The notes below the pieces were generated by a model, which searched no databases, was not told where the DNA came from, and saw only the letters and a list, made by a program, of their open reading frames with translations. DNA of 64,000 nucleotides from a virus: positions 1-64,000 of the IMG/VR virus record IMGVR_UViG_3300030118_001869. The stretch is one strand, 5' to 3'. The position numbers were made by a program, and so were the translations under genes. Positions 30,601-40,537 of this stretch are shown here, one piece after another. Position 1 is the first letter of the stretch; each line of letters opens with the position of its first letter.

Positions 30601-33600
30601 ACTTATTTAATAATAATAAGAAAATATTTAGGAAGTTAATTAGACAAAAAATAGCAAAGACTGAAAGAACAGAAACATTAAAGGCTTTAGATAAACTTGG
30701 TATATTAGTGCCACCAGGAGAGGCAATGGAGTTTATAATGACTGGTGATGTAACTAAACTAAAAACTTTTGAAAATAGAAAAGGTAGAGTTACAGAAGAA
30801 GGTAGTCCAGAATTATTTCAAGCAGTACAAGAAATTTTATTAAAGTATGAAAAGCTTGTTACACCTGAAGAAGTAAAAAAAGAAGAAGAAGCACAAGATA
30901 CTCAAGACTTTGAGAATGCTAAAGCTACACAGGAGCAAGACTTTAATGATGCAGCAGAATCAGGTAGCCCTTTACCTGCAATAAATACTGATTTAATTAC
31001 TGATAGAGAGTCTAAAGTATTAAATAAACTATATGAAAAATATAAAAAGTCTGTTGCTGCTGATGGTAATATACTTACAGAAGATCAATGGTTAGAACTT
31101 AACAGTACCAAGAGACAGTATAATGGTATGCAAAAACTGTTTAAGTTATATGATGATGCTGCTAGTAAGATGCAGCCATCTGGGGTATCAACAGCAGAGG
31201 GGCAGGAAATAGGTGGTCCAGCACTAACATTTGATGAGTGGTATAAAGATAATAGAAACAGTAAGAATGTTAGATTAATCTTATTAACTAATGGATTAGC
31301 TGCTTCAGACTTTGTAGAAGGAGAAAAAGCTGCACAACCACCAAAGTTACCTCCAAATCAAAAGTTTATAAAGAAGGGTAAAGGGATAAACATACTAGAG
31401 ATTACACTGGTAGATCCACAAGGAGCTACTAGAAAAATTTATAGAATAGTAGATAATGATATACAACCAGTATCTCCTTCTTTATATCAAAGAGCTAATC
31501 TAGATAATGTTGATGCACATGCTAATATACAGTCAGCTGATAAGGTGTTTAATATGCTAAACAAGTTTGTTGCTGAAGACACTAAATATAACTTTGACGG
31601 TATAGAACTTGGATACGGAGATACAATAATAGATGACAAAGGCCAAAAGTATTTTGTTATTGGTACGCCAAATAATGTTGTTGATGGTTCTAAACTAAGA
31701 GTAAGAAAGTTATCAGATAGTACAGAAATACTACTTGATGAGGTAGGGTTTGCAGAAACATACAAGAAGGATGACAGATCATTTAAGGAGAAGATTGATA
31801 GACCAGAAAAGACTAAGATTACTAGAATTAAAACAGGTGAGCTAAATAGCATTTATCCTGATAGAACAAAGCCTAGTGCTATATATGATTTGATTGATGA
31901 CGCTGACTTTGATATCAACAATATAAGCTTTAGTGTATTTATTAATCCTGAGAGAGCAGAGGCACCATTTACAATCCCTGGATCTACTTTACAAGCTAAC
32001 CCATTTATTAAAAAACTAGGTGACAAATATACTGTAGCAGTTAAATACAAAGGTGAGACAGTAGGATTTGTAGCAAATGGACAGTATAAATTTGAGTTTG
32101 AAGGCAAACCTTTGAACTTAAACTCTAGTCAAGATAGCCTGCAGTTCTTATTTGATATGAATAAAGCTGACATTGTTGAACAAGTTTTAGCAGCACAACA
32201 TTTAGAAGCTACTCTAGACAAGCTGTATAAAGGAAAGACAGGAACAATAGATTTAAGTGTAGAAGATTTAAAGAAAGAAGGTATTAACTTTAATCTTAGA
32301 GGTGAAATATTTAACTATGAAGGAACACCTAAAGCATTAGATACTTATGAAAATAATACATTTGAAGGTGGTCAACTAATAATTATTAGGAGAAAAACTG
32401 CAGATGAGTTTGGTAATTTAGTAATTACTACAGATTATGTTTCTGGATTAGAAGAAGGAGCACAAGAGCAATTTGAAAAAGCAATCAAAGAAATAGATCA
32501 AGATAAAAAGCTTAAAGAACAGCTATTAAGAAAAGGTTATACAGCTGTTTCAAGAAGACTTAATGGAAAAATACTTTTAATACCTCTTGATGTAGACTCT
32601 GACGCACAAGAATTCCAAGACTTATTAGGAGAAATATCTGAAAAATCTAAAACTTTAAGTACAACTAATATAGATGATAAGGGTAAAGTAAAAGATGCTG
32701 CTGCGTCAAAAGAAATAAATGCGGATATAAAAAGCAAAGTGTTTATTTCTGGCAAACCTGGTGATAAACTAACACTATCAATCAATGCAAAAGGTGATGT
32801 TATACTGCAAGGTAAACAAGGTGGTAAAAGTGTCAATGCAAGCCTAACAGCAGAAGAGTATTCTATTAAAGGATTCAAAGGCTTGATAGATAAGTTTAAT
32901 GAAAAGGGCAATATATCAACTAATAACTTTAGAGTTAATATACCTAAAGAAGCAACATTACAACAAATAAAAGACTCTACTACCTCTACTCTGCAAAGAA
33001 TCAGACCTGCAACAAATAGAGTAATATATTTTAGTGTAGACTCTGAAAGAAAAGAATCATCTAAGATTATTGAGAATCCACAACCTAAAGATCAAAATAC
33101 TAAAACAAATGACAAAGTAGACTTAGGTAAGGTATCAGAGATGTCTAAGAACTCTGATACAGTTGCACCAACTGACCAAATAGCTGAAGAGGTTAATGCT
33201 GCTATAGCTGCTAGAGATGCACTTAAGAAAAAAATATACAAAGAAGCAAAAGCTCAAGGATTAAATAGAGGTAAAGCACTAAAAGAAAGTAAAGAGTATA
33301 AAGCTGCTGTAGAAAAAGTAAATGAAGCAAAGAAAAAATTAAATGGTGAAGCATATAAAATATTACCTGAGAACTTTAATGGAGTTGAAACAGAGAAAGT
33401 AGATGCTTTTATAACTTGGGCTAATGAAAACTTACCAGAGTTTATTACTGTTGGTAATGTAAATGAAATAGGTAACAGGCTAAAGAACAATGGTATAACT
33501 GCTGGTGCATTTATTATGGCACTCAATGATATAGCAGGTAAAGTAAATATTAATGGTACCATATATGTAGGCACACATGGTTTCAGATACCATGAAGCAT

Positions 33601-36600
33601 TCCATTCTGTATTTAGAATGCTATTGACACCTGAAGAACAAAAGCAATACTTAGCTATTGCAAACAAAGAGTTGAGAGCTAAGCTAAGAAGAGAGGGTAA
33701 AAACTTTGAGGTTGAGTTACAAAACTTTAGAAATCTATCTGCACTATATAAAGGATTTAGTAGAGCAAGACTAGAGCAAGAGTTTTTAGAAGAATATATG
33801 GCAGATGAATTTGAGAAGTTCAAACAAGGACCTAAAAATTCTACTGCTGGCGGATTTATTAAATCTTTATTTACAAGAATACTTAACTGGATTAAGACTG
33901 TACTAGGAGGATTTAGTAAGAATCAACTAAAAACTCTGTTTGAAAACATAGATGCAGGTAAGTATAAGTCTAGGGGTATTGCTAATAATATGTTTACTAA
34001 TGCTTTGACACAAGGTATTACAGTTGATGCATATAAACTTCTACCTACTAAAGAGATAGCAGGAGACAGAAGAATAACATATGAATACCTAGATCCTAAT
34101 ACTGCAACGTTTTTAGTAAATAGTTTTGTATCAAGATTAATACAATTGAATGATAAGCCTGGGAGTAGATCATTAACTGAGATAGAAGATCAAGTATTTG
34201 ATGAGTTTGCTGACTTATATGACTCAACTAATTCTAGGTATGATAATATAACAGATGAGCAATATGACAGACTATTAGAGATAGAAGAAGCAATCAACTA
34301 CATGTCTGATACATCTTCTGCAGACTCACGTCCTCAGCTGATGTTAGCTGCTAGAGAAATGATAGATACATTCCAGCTTAAGTTAGATAATAATGCTGAT
34401 ATAAATGAAGTCTTTGAAAATAATCTAGGCCTTAGAACTACAGATCAGTTTGATACTGATGCTAGTATGAAAGGTGGTGTAACAGCTTTACCATTAAAGT
34501 TAAGACTATATATTGCTACAACAACCTTAGAAGATACAGACTACTTTGGTAATCAATTCTTAATTGATCCCGTTACTGATGAAAAAGGTAATATAACTAC
34601 AGAGGGAGAAAAACTAATTGTTCCAGTTGATATAGATGCTGTATATAATGGTATACTAAAAGCAGTGAAAAACAAAACAGATGCTTTTGACATATTATCT
34701 AGCTTATACGTATTTGGTAGAACAAATAAACACACTAAAGCATTTGTTGACAGATTGTTCAATGATATGGGTATAAATGGTGAAGAAATGATTGAGTCAG
34801 GTCAGTTACCAGAACTTGTAGGAAGACCTGGATTTGTAATGCAAGTAATTAAGTCATTCCAGAATGCAAGAGTAAATTATTTATTTATTCAAACTGACAC
34901 AGCAACAGGTAAAAACTTTTATTATGATGCTGCAACAAGAGATGCTGCTAAAACTCAGCTAGGTGCTTGGCAACAAATGTATGATCAAAAACTTAGTATA
35001 ATAAAGTCAGATCCTAGATTTAAAGGTAGAGTTCAAGCTACACTAAAAAGAGCAATAGGTAGACTTCAAGCAACTAGAGGAAGAATAGATAATACTAAGT
35101 TTGAGCTAGAGGCTATGAGATTATCTCAAGATATATTTGACGCTATAGGTATAAGATTTTCTCCAGCTTATTTGCAATTGAGTATGTTAAAAGCAAGTCC
35201 AGAAAACATAGCTAAAAAAACAAAAGCACAGCAGATATTATTAGATAACAATATTAATGTAAGATCTTTGAGTGTAGAGGATTTGTCTGCAATAAAGGAT
35301 ATTGTATTAGCAGGAGGTAATATATACGCAGAAAGTAGTGGTGCTGCATCAAGACTAACTGCACTAGCAATAGGTAATCAAAAACTAGATGAACAAGTAG
35401 GAGCAACAACATTTACAAATGCAGATGGTAATTTAGTTTATGCACATCAAATGCCTACATTCCATACAAGAATAATAGCAAAATTAAATGATGAAGACTT
35501 TATTGAAGAGTTGATAGAAAGATTCCCAAACAATCCTTTGATACAAAGTGAAGCATTTAGAACACTGTCAGCTGATAATAAAATAGAGCTTATAAGACTT
35601 GCAGGATTTAGAAAAGGTAGAATATCATTATCAGAACAAAATGAGATTATAAGTGATGGTACTAAAAGTGTTGCATATGCTAAAACCTACGGTAAGCAAT
35701 CACCTCAAGAATTTATTATAAACTTAGTAAAAGCATATACATTTAATTTCAATACAAATACTTTACAGAATAAACTAAGTAATGGACAGGCGCTGGTACC
35801 AACATTGATAAGAGTAATGGAAGCAAGTAATACAGGTGATATGATTAATCTACCTGTTATAAAAGCAGCGGAGTTACAAAACAAAACTTTGAGCATACCT
35901 AAAGAGGCACTAGATATATTTGTAACACAGATACAAAATGAATATGCAAGAATAGTTAGAGAAGTGCAGACTCCAACTCAGGATCTAATAGTAGGCTATA
36001 ATGCTGATAACAATGGTGTTTCTACACTAGATACAAAAGATGGTAGAGCATATAAATTGTTTAATACTAGGTATTTACTACCTGCAGATTCTGTAAAAAT
36101 ATTAGAAGAAGAAGCATATAAAGGTACACCATTTGCTGACGCAGCAAAGTTAGCAGTAGAGGGTGGATTTTATAATGCAGTTAAAAAGAGCTTACTAGAT
36201 GAATTTAATAAATTCTTTGACTTGGTAGGTAGTGATATAGCTAATGACGCAGGTTTTATAGCAGGAGTACAAAATGCTGATGGTAGTGTACAAGGAGAAG
36301 ATATAGCTATAGCTAATCAACAACTTAACTTAGTTCCAGGACAGTTTAAATTAAATCTAGCACAGATATATTTTAATGATAAAATTAATACCACTGCAAT
36401 AAATGAACTTATATTAGGTGATGAAGCAGTAACATTAAAAGATTCAATTGATAAAATCAAAAGAGCAAAAGGTCAAAATGGTGCTATACGTTCAATAGAC
36501 TTTGGCTTTACAGCACCAGAGTTAGGTATTAGACACAAATTAGAAAACATAGAAATATATCCTTTTACTGATCCTACATTTGAAAAGCAATCTGGAGAAG

Positions 36601-39600
36601 GAATGCAAGAACAAACTGATGGTCAAATATATAATACTGTAAAAGGATTCAGATATTCACAGTTTGGTATGGGTAATCTTACTGAGTCAATGGCAGATAT
36701 TCTTGATGATGTTCAGTTTGGTGACAATGTTCCTTCTGTAAGAATTAATAGTTATGTTAGTAAACAAAATGCTTTAAATTCTAAAAAGTTTGTATACTTT
36801 GATGGTCAAACATATATGAAGATGTCTAGTATTACTCTTTCTCCTGAGTTTACATCTCTTAAAGATGAGAACGGACTTTATACTATACCTAAACCAAATA
36901 AAGTAGAGCTACATAATCTTAGAGTTAAGATGGAGGCTTATGAAGAAACTAATGATGCTGTTGTCTTTGGTGCGCCTACTAGTGCATTAAAGATGTTAAA
37001 AAAGAATATAGATACATCTGATCAAGCATTTAGTGAAACTGCTTTAACCAAAGGTGATCTAACAACAGTTAAAGCAGAATTTATGGGCTTACAAATGGTA
37101 AATCCATCAAACAAGATTGAGATTACTTCTGGTACACAGATGAGAGTATTGCTTACAAGTGAACAGAATAATGTTGAAGAAGTAACAATAGATGGAGTAA
37201 AACTAAAGGTAAGAGATTTAAGAAATCTTTACAATGATAATATAGCAGGTAAAGTAGGATTAGCATATGGTCTAAAGAAAAAATTATTAATAGATGAACA
37301 AGGTAATATAGATTTATTTACCTTTTTAAAGTATGCAATCAGAAACTTAAAGTCTGCTAAAACAACAAGTAATATCATAGAACAATTTGAGATTGATGAG
37401 AACGGGCAAATGAAGTATGGTCTTAACTCACCACATATGGTAGAAAAAGCAGAGCAGCTATTCTTATCATATTTTAGTACTGCATTAAAAGATAAACAAC
37501 CAGGTATGAGTTTGGCTCTTATGTCAGATGCTGGTGTTAAGATATATAGAAGGGTATTTGAAGTAGATGAGAACGGAGTACCAACTAGATTTGAAGTAAT
37601 TAGAGAGAATGCATTCCATACATCTGGTTTAGCTGCAGACATAAATATATCCACAGATAATTTTACAGACTTACAAAATGCTCTTAAAAATACTGATGCA
37701 GGTGTTATTGTAGTTGATAGACTTAGATCTGATTTAGTAGATTCAGACGGATCAAAATACTCTGAGTTTATTATGCCAGCTCATTTCCAGTCTGTACATG
37801 ATGCTTTTTACAATAATGATCAGCCTTTACCAGATGTATTACAAAAGCATTTTGGTTTACGTATTCCATCTCAGGATAAACATTCCTCTATAAATTTAAG
37901 ACTTGTAGATTTCATGCCACATTATATGGGCTCTACCGGTGTATTTGCTAGAGAAATACTAGAGAGATCTGGGGCTGACTTTGATATTGATAAGCTATAC
38001 ACACATATGAAAGAGTTCTATGCAGAAGATGGAAAATTCTTTGAGTATGGTAAAAATGGATACAAGGATTATATGACTTATGTAGATAAAATGCTTTTAT
38101 CTGGTAAACCTAATATATTCAAAGACGCTTATGAAAAGTACAGTCAAGGTGTAGATAATGTAAAACCAGAGGATGTGAAAGCTGAAGTTCTCAACACATT
38201 AGGATTACCTATGACAGAGGAAGCTTATGATGCATATGTAAAAGAAAAGGGTGAACCATACGCTGCAGCTTACTCAAATAAAGACTTAGATTATAAGTAT
38301 GCTCTTTTAGGTAGTAAAGCAATGACAGAAGCAGCACCCGGTGAGACACCAATAGTTGCACAAGAAGCTGCATTGTCAAGATTACAAGCAGCTAGAACAT
38401 ATATGGAAAAAGAGGTTCCTGAGTGGGCTGCAGAAAATGCTGACGTAGATGTAGATGTTAATGGACTATTAGGTAAGTTTTTATCATATAAGAATAACAA
38501 AGAAGGAGCAGCAAACATTGGATTAGCTGTTAAACCTAATCTTGTATATAGTATAATGAGAGAATATAATGTTACTAATGATTTTAGAAAATCATTTACT
38601 ATAAATAAAAATAAAGCAGGAAATTTTGTAAGTAAAACTGAAAAAGAAAGAACAGCAATATTATTTGATGAGCTTATAACTGCAATGGTAGATAACGCAA
38701 AAGAAAGAATGGCAGTTAAGTTAGGTCTTAATAAAGAAAATTTACCTTTAGTATCTGCTGCAGTTGCAGTAGGTATACCATTGAATGACATAATATTATT
38801 TTTGAATGCTCCACTATTTAAACAAGATCCTAGACTACCAGCTATTGATGGTAAAGCTGTTTCTATAACTACAACAGAGATATTAAAAGATTATAAAGGC
38901 AAATCCTCTAGGGAGATACAACGCAAAATGAAGCAAATAAAATCAAGGTTAACTTCCATAGCTGCTGAAGCAAGAACTATGGGCTCTGTTATGAACTTAG
39001 ATAAAGGATTAGGAAAAGATTTTTCTAGTGTTTTGCAAACATCAAATGAAATAGCAAGATTAACAGATGATGGAACAGATGTGATATACAAAACATACTT
39101 TAATCAATACATAGAAATATTTGAAGATATTACTGATAATGTATTACCAAAAGTATTTTTTAGAGCTAATCCTAGATTTGTAGCTGCATTATCTAATATT
39201 TTAAAAGAGCAGGTATCAAGAACATTATTTGACACAACTAATCAAATCAATCTACAAAAGGTAAATAAAATATCATTAGACTTTTTGTCTTTCTTATTAA
39301 TTAAAAAATATCAAGATAAACTTTTAGAAAGCAATAGTAAAAGCGTAGGTTCTTTAAGTAATGAATTTATATATGAAACTGGTAAAGGAGAGTCTGTTAT
39401 TGATGTTGTAAAAAAATTAAGAAAGCTTTCAAAACAAGATAATTATTTCTTAAATAATTTCTTACAAACAGTAGAAGCAACAGATCCTAATAGCAAAGAT
39501 GGTTTAAATAAAGTAGTATCTAACACCTTTGCTAGATTAAGTGATAATCAAAAAGTCAAAATACAGAATGGTTTTGCAGCATTGTATGGAGATGCACTTA

Positions 39601-40535
39601 CAAGACCAGATGCAATAAAATTATTACACTACATTATAATCAAAGATGGCTTACAATTTAATACGGGATCTATAATGGAAGCATTATCACCATTTGTACT
39701 AGAACACTTTTTAGATAAAACACAAGATGGCATAGAGGTTACAGATGAACTAAGAGATGAGTTTATTAATGGGTATTTTGCAAGTCCAACATCACAAGGA
39801 TATTTGACAACAATACTTCCTAAAGATGTAAGCGACAGTAAAAAAATAGTAGATAAAAAAGAAACCTATAGTTTTGACCCTGAACAAGCTTTTGAAACAG
39901 GGATAGAAGGTCAAGAATATATAATGATTGGCAACGGGTTATTCAAAAAACAACCAGCAACTAGTAAAAATATTGATTATGCTAGAGTTGAGTTTATGGG
40001 TAGTGTAGGTCAAAATGGTATTGGTTTTATGTTTAATACTCCAGGATTTCAAAGACCTAGTACTAGAAGCATACAGAATAAACAAGACAACAAATCATCA
40101 AAAAATCTAAAAGAAACATTAGCTGATCAAGCTGAACTAAATAGATTAGATGCATTAGGTTTTGATCCTGGTGCAGATATCACAGCTAATGAAAAAATGA
40201 TAGAAGTTGGCAAGCAAAAAATTAGTAACTTAGTAAAAGAAAGAACTGAGGCAGTAGAAGTACCTGAAGAACAAGCAGATCAATTTGATTCTGTTGAGGG
40301 AGAAGTTTTACCTCAAACAACTAGTAAGATAAGAGATTTACTGAAAAGTAAAACAGGTATTAATGAACAAGTACTAGGAGACTTTTGGAACAGTGAGATA
40401 AATGATAACCAAGAAAGAAAACAAAAGCTTGGATATGACACATATGGTAATATGCTAGCTGCATACAGAAGTGTGAATAATGTGTTTCCATTAACAGAAG
40501 AAGAGTTTATAGAACAAACAAGATGTAAATTTTAA
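27684..40535 (+). CDS. Giant virion-packaged DNA-dependent RNA polymerase polyprotein (4283 aa) with zincin-like motif
   Basis: Catalytic SGADFDIDKL (DFDID at 37977-37991) preceded by GLRIPSQDKHS, as in the crAss-like / phi14:2 gp66 RNAP family. HEAFH at 33591-33605. Hydrophobic Gly/Ala segments near the N-terminus. Confidence 0.9.
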   Translation: MAEERPNIRPSDQLLPGALGSTTQDPLVNERMDSLPISDVFSIPLTDIPVDGMQNPVNEQMFDAARRANQFIIPQTFTSGTRDDSTTGFDMSDPMASVRRNNVSLQPDKPLPEIPRYFSAADTGFDRYFAHNKFTELGFTPYNPNTEAIYNSNSGLTDDMERMRGEFSGLFGNAFMSGYRAIGDLFTGEYGDPDFEGAMAFENAMRVGNTTRDGVGAFTNNFLLNSAYTMGIIGSIAVEELALAMGSAAMTSTGVGAPTGIGAFVAGTFRNLKRTGKAIKDTFAIGRMASATYDMIRGFNSVDRARNFYQAVKLGKQPVVKFLLPGTMRAIRDLNSSKKSIQSLGNIGKGAIAFGGFYRDLRALNLAIAESKMESGITYNEQYANAVNIAQKKLGRELTFAELSKANDNAAQAAFRTLQWNAPAIFLTNQIVLRRSLAGFGGRLGRIFDESLTNLGRRIVRTKPVRDAAGKASKDVFEDAGEGFLGLPSLKRIKSWTVGGTARLGAHGALRYFAANISEGLQEVYQEAVNVGTQDYFSELLESNSAQDINAMWGGINQSFFGGLGQINLGKGIGEQMSAQGFETFMSGFLMGGLVQGPQRFVFGFVPNQFNRFTNPEQYKEYQKQKEEYIKNLVKTYNDAYNESLDNPDFQWNDKKLNFAAIHDAAKEMDSYNYEGDPLGFYDAKDFIKFQNYQRLFDNGAHIEFTRGLRDLTNLSDEELAQAFPEQKEDALSGKLRTSLENQIKEINDKADRYKQFKSKYENKYDPNRYEKDTREYFQELVKYRAFEHAKYLYLFTENGFERALERSNKIYSELASDPLLSKIEANDLQLLADAPSIQNEINLLLQEIDTLKNTPGNKRSEIAAKKRKIKALQNYLGVFTAKENQIKDGSRYSRTPANIKKLRAALLNYVNTIAEERGDFVNIQNIDSALRKLIDYGELKGRTRTYDKAIQILADPKALDKLAERIEPIMENLFNNNKKIFRKLIRQKIAKTERTETLKALDKLGILVPPGEAMEFIMTGDVTKLKTFENRKGRVTEEGSPELFQAVQEILLKYEKLVTPEEVKKEEEAQDTQDFENAKATQEQDFNDAAESGSPLPAINTDLITDRESKVLNKLYEKYKKSVAADGNILTEDQWLELNSTKRQYNGMQKLFKLYDDAASKMQPSGVSTAEGQEIGGPALTFDEWYKDNRNSKNVRLILLTNGLAASDFVEGEKAAQPPKLPPNQKFIKKGKGINILEITLVDPQGATRKIYRIVDNDIQPVSPSLYQRANLDNVDAHANIQSADKVFNMLNKFVAEDTKYNFDGIELGYGDTIIDDKGQKYFVIGTPNNVVDGSKLRVRKLSDSTEILLDEVGFAETYKKDDRSFKEKIDRPEKTKITRIKTGELNSIYPDRTKPSAIYDLIDDADFDINNISFSVFINPERAEAPFTIPGSTLQANPFIKKLGDKYTVAVKYKGETVGFVANGQYKFEFEGKPLNLNSSQDSLQFLFDMNKADIVEQVLAAQHLEATLDKLYKGKTGTIDLSVEDLKKEGINFNLRGEIFNYEGTPKALDTYENNTFEGGQLIIIRRKTADEFGNLVITTDYVSGLEEGAQEQFEKAIKEIDQDKKLKEQLLRKGYTAVSRRLNGKILLIPLDVDSDAQEFQDLLGEISEKSKTLSTTNIDDKGKVKDAAASKEINADIKSKVFISGKPGDKLTLSINAKGDVILQGKQGGKSVNASLTAEEYSIKGFKGLIDKFNEKGNISTNNFRVNIPKEATLQQIKDSTTSTLQRIRPATNRVIYFSVDSERKESSKIIENPQPKDQNTKTNDKVDLGKVSEMSKNSDTVAPTDQIAEEVNAAIAARDALKKKIYKEAKAQGLNRGKALKESKEYKAAVEKVNEAKKKLNGEAYKILPENFNGVETEKVDAFITWANENLPEFITVGNVNEIGNRLKNNGITAGAFIMALNDIAGKVNINGTIYVGTHGFRYHEAFHSVFRMLLTPEEQKQYLAIANKELRAKLRREGKNFEVELQNFRNLSALYKGFSRARLEQEFLEEYMADEFEKFKQGPKNSTAGGFIKSLFTRILNWIKTVLGGFSKNQLKTLFENIDAGKYKSRGIANNMFTNALTQGITVDAYKLLPTKEIAGDRRITYEYLDPNTATFLVNSFVSRLIQLNDKPGSRSLTEIEDQVFDEFADLYDSTNSRYDNITDEQYDRLLEIEEAINYMSDTSSADSRPQLMLAAREMIDTFQLKLDNNADINEVFENNLGLRTTDQFDTDASMKGGVTALPLKLRLYIATTTLEDTDYFGNQFLIDPVTDEKGNITTEGEKLIVPVDIDAVYNGILKAVKNKTDAFDILSSLYVFGRTNKHTKAFVDRLFNDMGINGEEMIESGQLPELVGRPGFVMQVIKSFQNARVNYLFIQTDTATGKNFYYDAATRDAAKTQLGAWQQMYDQKLSIIKSDPRFKGRVQATLKRAIGRLQATRGRIDNTKFELEAMRLSQDIFDAIGIRFSPAYLQLSMLKASPENIAKKTKAQQILLDNNINVRSLSVEDLSAIKDIVLAGGNIYAESSGAASRLTALAIGNQKLDEQVGATTFTNADGNLVYAHQMPTFHTRIIAKLNDEDFIEELIERFPNNPLIQSEAFRTLSADNKIELIRLAGFRKGRISLSEQNEIISDGTKSVAYAKTYGKQSPQEFIINLVKAYTFNFNTNTLQNKLSNGQALVPTLIRVMEASNTGDMINLPVIKAAELQNKTLSIPKEALDIFVTQIQNEYARIVREVQTPTQDLIVGYNADNNGVSTLDTKDGRAYKLFNTRYLLPADSVKILEEEAYKGTPFADAAKLAVEGGFYNAVKKSLLDEFNKFFDLVGSDIANDAGFIAGVQNADGSVQGEDIAIANQQLNLVPGQFKLNLAQIYFNDKINTTAINELILGDEAVTLKDSIDKIKRAKGQNGAIRSIDFGFTAPELGIRHKLENIEIYPFTDPTFEKQSGEGMQEQTDGQIYNTVKGFRYSQFGMGNLTESMADILDDVQFGDNVPSVRINSYVSKQNALNSKKFVYFDGQTYMKMSSITLSPEFTSLKDENGLYTIPKPNKVELHNLRVKMEAYEETNDAVVFGAPTSALKMLKKNIDTSDQAFSETALTKGDLTTVKAEFMGLQMVNPSNKIEITSGTQMRVLLTSEQNNVEEVTIDGVKLKVRDLRNLYNDNIAGKVGLAYGLKKKLLIDEQGNIDLFTFLKYAIRNLKSAKTTSNIIEQFEIDENGQMKYGLNSPHMVEKAEQLFLSYFSTALKDKQPGMSLALMSDAGVKIYRRVFEVDENGVPTRFEVIRENAFHTSGLAADINISTDNFTDLQNALKNTDAGVIVVDRLRSDLVDSDGSKYSEFIMPAHFQSVHDAFYNNDQPLPDVLQKHFGLRIPSQDKHSSINLRLVDFMPHYMGSTGVFAREILERSGADFDIDKLYTHMKEFYAEDGKFFEYGKNGYKDYMTYVDKMLLSGKPNIFKDAYEKYSQGVDNVKPEDVKAEVLNTLGLPMTEEAYDAYVKEKGEPYAAAYSNKDLDYKYALLGSKAMTEAAPGETPIVAQEAALSRLQAARTYMEKEVPEWAAENADVDVDVNGLLGKFLSYKNNKEGAANIGLAVKPNLVYSIMREYNVTNDFRKSFTINKNKAGNFVSKTEKERTAILFDELITAMVDNAKERMAVKLGLNKENLPLVSAAVAVGIPLNDIILFLNAPLFKQDPRLPAIDGKAVSITTTEILKDYKGKSSREIQRKMKQIKSRLTSIAAEARTMGSVMNLDKGLGKDFSSVLQTSNEIARLTDDGTDVIYKTYFNQYIEIFEDITDNVLPKVFFRANPRFVAALSNILKEQVSRTLFDTTNQINLQKVNKISLDFLSFLLIKKYQDKLLESNSKSVGSLSNEFIYETGKGESVIDVVKKLRKLSKQDNYFLNNFLQTVEATDPNSKDGLNKVVSNTFARLSDNQKVKIQNGFAALYGDALTRPDAIKLLHYIIIKDGLQFNTGSIMEALSPFVLEHFLDKTQDGIEVTDELRDEFINGYFASPTSQGYLTTILPKDVSDSKKIVDKKETYSFDPEQAFETGIEGQEYIMIGNGLFKKQPATSKNIDYARVEFMGSVGQNGIGFMFNTPGFQRPSTRSIQNKQDNKSSKNLKETLADQAELNRLDALGFDPGADITANEKMIEVGKQKISNLVKERTEAVEVPEEQADQFDSVEGEVLPQTTSKIRDLLKSKTGINEQVLGDFWNSEINDNQERKQKLGYDTYGNMLAAYRSVNNVFPLTEEEFIEQTRCKF

Positions 40536-40537
40536 TT

